Source: Cupriavidus necator (GTDB taxonomy: Bacteria; Pseudomonadota; Gammaproteobacteria; Burkholderiales; Burkholderiaceae). Taken from it: 32,000 bases of DNA. The stretch lies in the NCBI RefSeq assembly GCF_016127575.1, contig NZ_CP066019.1, positions 450,001 through 482,000 on the forward strand, in the 5' to 3' direction. The notes beneath the pieces were generated by a model. It was given only the letters and a program-made list of their open reading frames with translations, was not told the DNA's origin and did not search any database. Made by a program: the position numbers and the translations under genes. Positions 30,244 to 32,000 of this stretch are shown one piece after another. How positions within the stretch are numbered: the stretch's first letter is position 1; each line of letters opens with the position of its first letter.

Positions 30244-31587
30244 ATGACCAACCCCATTGCCCAGCCGGCGCTTGCGTCCGCTTCCCCGATTGCCGCCGTC
30301 ACCGGCAGTGGCAAGGTACGACTGGCCGTTGTCACGCTGGTCGTGGTGGCGATTGCCGAAACCATTGGCGCGGTGCAGTTCAAGCTGGGGCCCGGCAAGG
30401 TCGTGCTGATGCCGATGCTGTGGGCGCTGCTGATGGCCGCGGCGTGGGGCATCGCGGCCCGGAACGTGCCGCGCGCGGTGCGCATCGACGCGCCGCTGCA
30501 ATCGCTTGCCACCGGGCTGCTCAATGCCGGGCTGCTGCTGTTCGTGGTGAAGCTCGGCCTGACCGTGGGCGGCGCGCTGCCGCAGCTCAAGGGCGCAGGC
30601 TGGGCGCTGTTGTTCCAGGAGTTCGGGCACGCGCTCGGGACACTGGCGCTGGGCCTGCCGCTGGCCTTGCTGCTAGGCATCAAGCGCGAGGCCGTCGGCG
30701 CGACCTTCTCGGTTGGGCGCGAGGGCAATATCGTCATCATCGGCGAGAAATACGGCATGGCGTCGCCGGAAGGCCGCGGCGTGCTGGCCGAGTACATCAC
30801 CGGCACCGTGCTGGGCGCGCTCTTCATCGCGGTGCTGTCGGGGTTTGTCAGCAGCCTGGGCATCTTCGATCCGCGTTCGCTGGCCATGGGTGCCGGCGTG
30901 GGCTCGGGCAGCCTGATGGCGGCGGCCGTCGGCGCCATCGTCGCGCAGCACCCCGGGCAGGCTTCCGAGATCATGGCGATTGCCGCGGCGTCGAACCTGC
31001 TGACCTCGGTGGCCGGCTTCTACTTCACGCTGTTCCTGTCGCTGCCGCTGTGCTCATGGCTGTACGGCAAGCTGGAGCCGGTACTGGGCCGCTTCTCGCG
31101 CCGTGACGCCATGCGCGAGGTGCAGGGCGTCAAGCTCGATGGCGCGCTGGCGCACGGCACCTCGGCGCGGGATGCCGCCCTGGGCTGGTTCCTGGTTGGT
31201 GCCGGCGTGCTGATCGGCAACAAGCTGTCATACAACGTGCCGCTGTCGGTATCGCTCAAGGGCATCCTGGTAGCCATTGCCATCGTGGTGGCCTGCGACA
31301 TGCTCAAGCGCGTGTTCCCGCGCGTGCCGCTGCTGCTGACGATGTCGGTGGCGGTCACGCTGATCGGCGTGCCGGGGATGTTCCCGTTCTCCGATGCCGT
31401 CATCGCCATGACGGAAAAACTCAACTTCATGACCTTCACCACGCCGGTGCTGGCGCTGGCGGGCTTCTCGGTGGCCAAGGACCTGCCGGTGTTCCGGCTG
31501 CTCGGCTGGCGCATCGTGGTGGTGTCGCTGACGGCCACGGCCGGCACCTTCCTCGGCGCCACGCTGATTGCCGAGTTCTTCCACTGA
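30244..31587 (+). CDS. polytopic inner-membrane protein, putative transporter (possibly DUF3100-like)
   Basis: 447 aa, hydrophobic throughout with about 10 or more predicted helices. GGAGA lies upstream of the ATG. The DUF3100 assignment comes from my memory of the gene context with M20 amidohydrolases and is not verified. Confidence 0.75.
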   Translation: MTNPIAQPALASASPIAAVTGSGKVRLAVVTLVVVAIAETIGAVQFKLGPGKVVLMPMLWALLMAAAWGIAARNVPRAVRIDAPLQSLATGLLNAGLLLFVVKLGLTVGGALPQLKGAGWALLFQEFGHALGTLALGLPLALLLGIKREAVGATFSVGREGNIVIIGEKYGMASPEGRGVLAEYITGTVLGALFIAVLSGFVSSLGIFDPRSLAMGAGVGSGSLMAAAVGAIVAQHPGQASEIMAIAAASNLLTSVAGFYFTLFLSLPLCSWLYGKLEPVLGRFSRRDAMREVQGVKLDGALAHGTSARDAALGWFLVGAGVLIGNKLSYNVPLSVSLKGILVAIAIVVACDMLKRVFPRVPLLLTMSVAVTLIGVPGMFPFSDAVIAMTEKLNFMTFTTPVLALAGFSVAKDLPVFRLLGWRIVVVSLTATAGTFLGATLIAEFFH

Positions 31588-31612
31588 ATCCCACCCGTAG
31601 CAGAGATTACCC

Positions 31613-32000
31613 ATGTACCGCGACCCCGATATTGCCGACGACATCCGCCAGGACATGCTGGCCTGGCGCCGCGACATCCACGCTGTTCCGGAAACCGCAT
31701 TCGAAGAACACCGCACCGCTGGCATCGTGGCGCAGGCGCTGGGTTTGATGGACATCGAAGTGCAGCGGGGACTGGCGACGACGGGCGTGGTCGGCACGCT
31801 GCGCAACGGCGACGGCCCCAGCATCGCGCTGCGCGCGGACCTGGATGCGCTGAACATGCAGGAGCTGGGCAAGGCCGCCCACGCTTCCACCTGCGCGGGC
31901 AAGATGCACGCCTGTGGCCACGACGGCCATACCGCCATGCTGCTGGGTGCGGCCGCGCACCTGTCGCGCAACCGCGATGCCTTCCGCGGCACGGTGCATT
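31613..32000 (+). CDS. M20D-family amidohydrolase (hippurate hydrolase / N-acyl-amino-acid amidohydrolase-like), 3' end outside window
   Basis: My own translation from ATG 31613 gives MYRDPDIADDIRQDMLAWRRDIHAVPETAFEEHRTAGIVAQAL…IALRADLDAL…GKMHACGHDGHTAMLLGAA. The HACGHDGH metal-binding motif is diagnostic. The ORF is open to the window end and so is absent from the track. Confidence 0.85.
   Translation, partial: MYRDPDIADDIRQDMLAWRRDIHAVPETAFEEHRTAGIVAQALGLMDIEVQRGLATTGVVGTLRNGDGPSIALRADLDALNMQELGKAAHASTCAGKMHACGHDGHTAMLLGAAAHLSRNRDAFRGTVH

Noticed and set aside
1-32000. Search by eye for rRNA, tRNA, CRISPR arrays, IS elements/transposases, integrases and phage genes
   Set aside because: I recognised no cloverleaf-like tRNA sequence, no regularly spaced direct repeats, and no DDE-transposase or tyrosine/serine-recombinase-like ORF. 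Visual inspection can miss small RNAs and degenerate elements, so tRNAscan, Rfam and ISfinder searches should confirm their absence.

Overview
This window looks like high-GC betaproteobacterial DNA. A Cupriavidus/Ralstonia-like origin is inferred only from composition and from the many Bug/TctC-type solute receptors. It falls into three parts.

(1) Positions 1-1382 hold housekeeping-type genes: the 3' end of aroQ, then ghrA.

(2) Positions ~1.4-9.5 kb form an AT-richer mosaic island with long non-coding spacers. I saw no integrase or tRNA in it. Its left edge carries a truncated P-II (glnB/glnK-like) remnant and a perfect 17-bp inverted repeat. The cargo is a complete, tightly coupled His-Xaa-Ser cassette, hxsA-hxsD-hxsB-hxsC. 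It encodes a signal-peptide-bearing precursor ending in six H-x-S repeats, a small partner protein and two radical-SAM/SPASM-type maturases. To my knowledge this system is defined only by comparative genomics, with no known product or function. Four orphan genes accompany it: a secreted 408-aa protein and 73-aa, 166-aa and 228-aa proteins.

(3) Positions 9.6-32 kb are high-GC accessory and catabolic DNA:
- Two paralogous acetamidase/formamidase genes are separated by two tandem XapX-like mini membrane proteins. The distal amidase is fused in-frame, with no stop codon, to a full AraC-type regulator.
- A cqsA/cqsS (alpha-hydroxyketone, CAI-1/LAI-1-type) autoinducer synthase and sensor kinase pair follows. 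The kinase has no receiver domain and no response regulator lies nearby.
- Next come four regulator-linked modules: three pair a Bug receptor with an enzyme (beta-propeller protein; signal-peptide-less Cys-type sulfatase; acyl-CoA dehydrogenase plus class III CoA-transferase), and the fourth pairs a polytopic membrane protein with an M20 amidohydrolase.

Many long ORFs in the supplied track are antisense or shadow ORFs typical of high-GC DNA and were rejected. Several gene starts were re-assigned from Shine-Dalgarno (SD) context.
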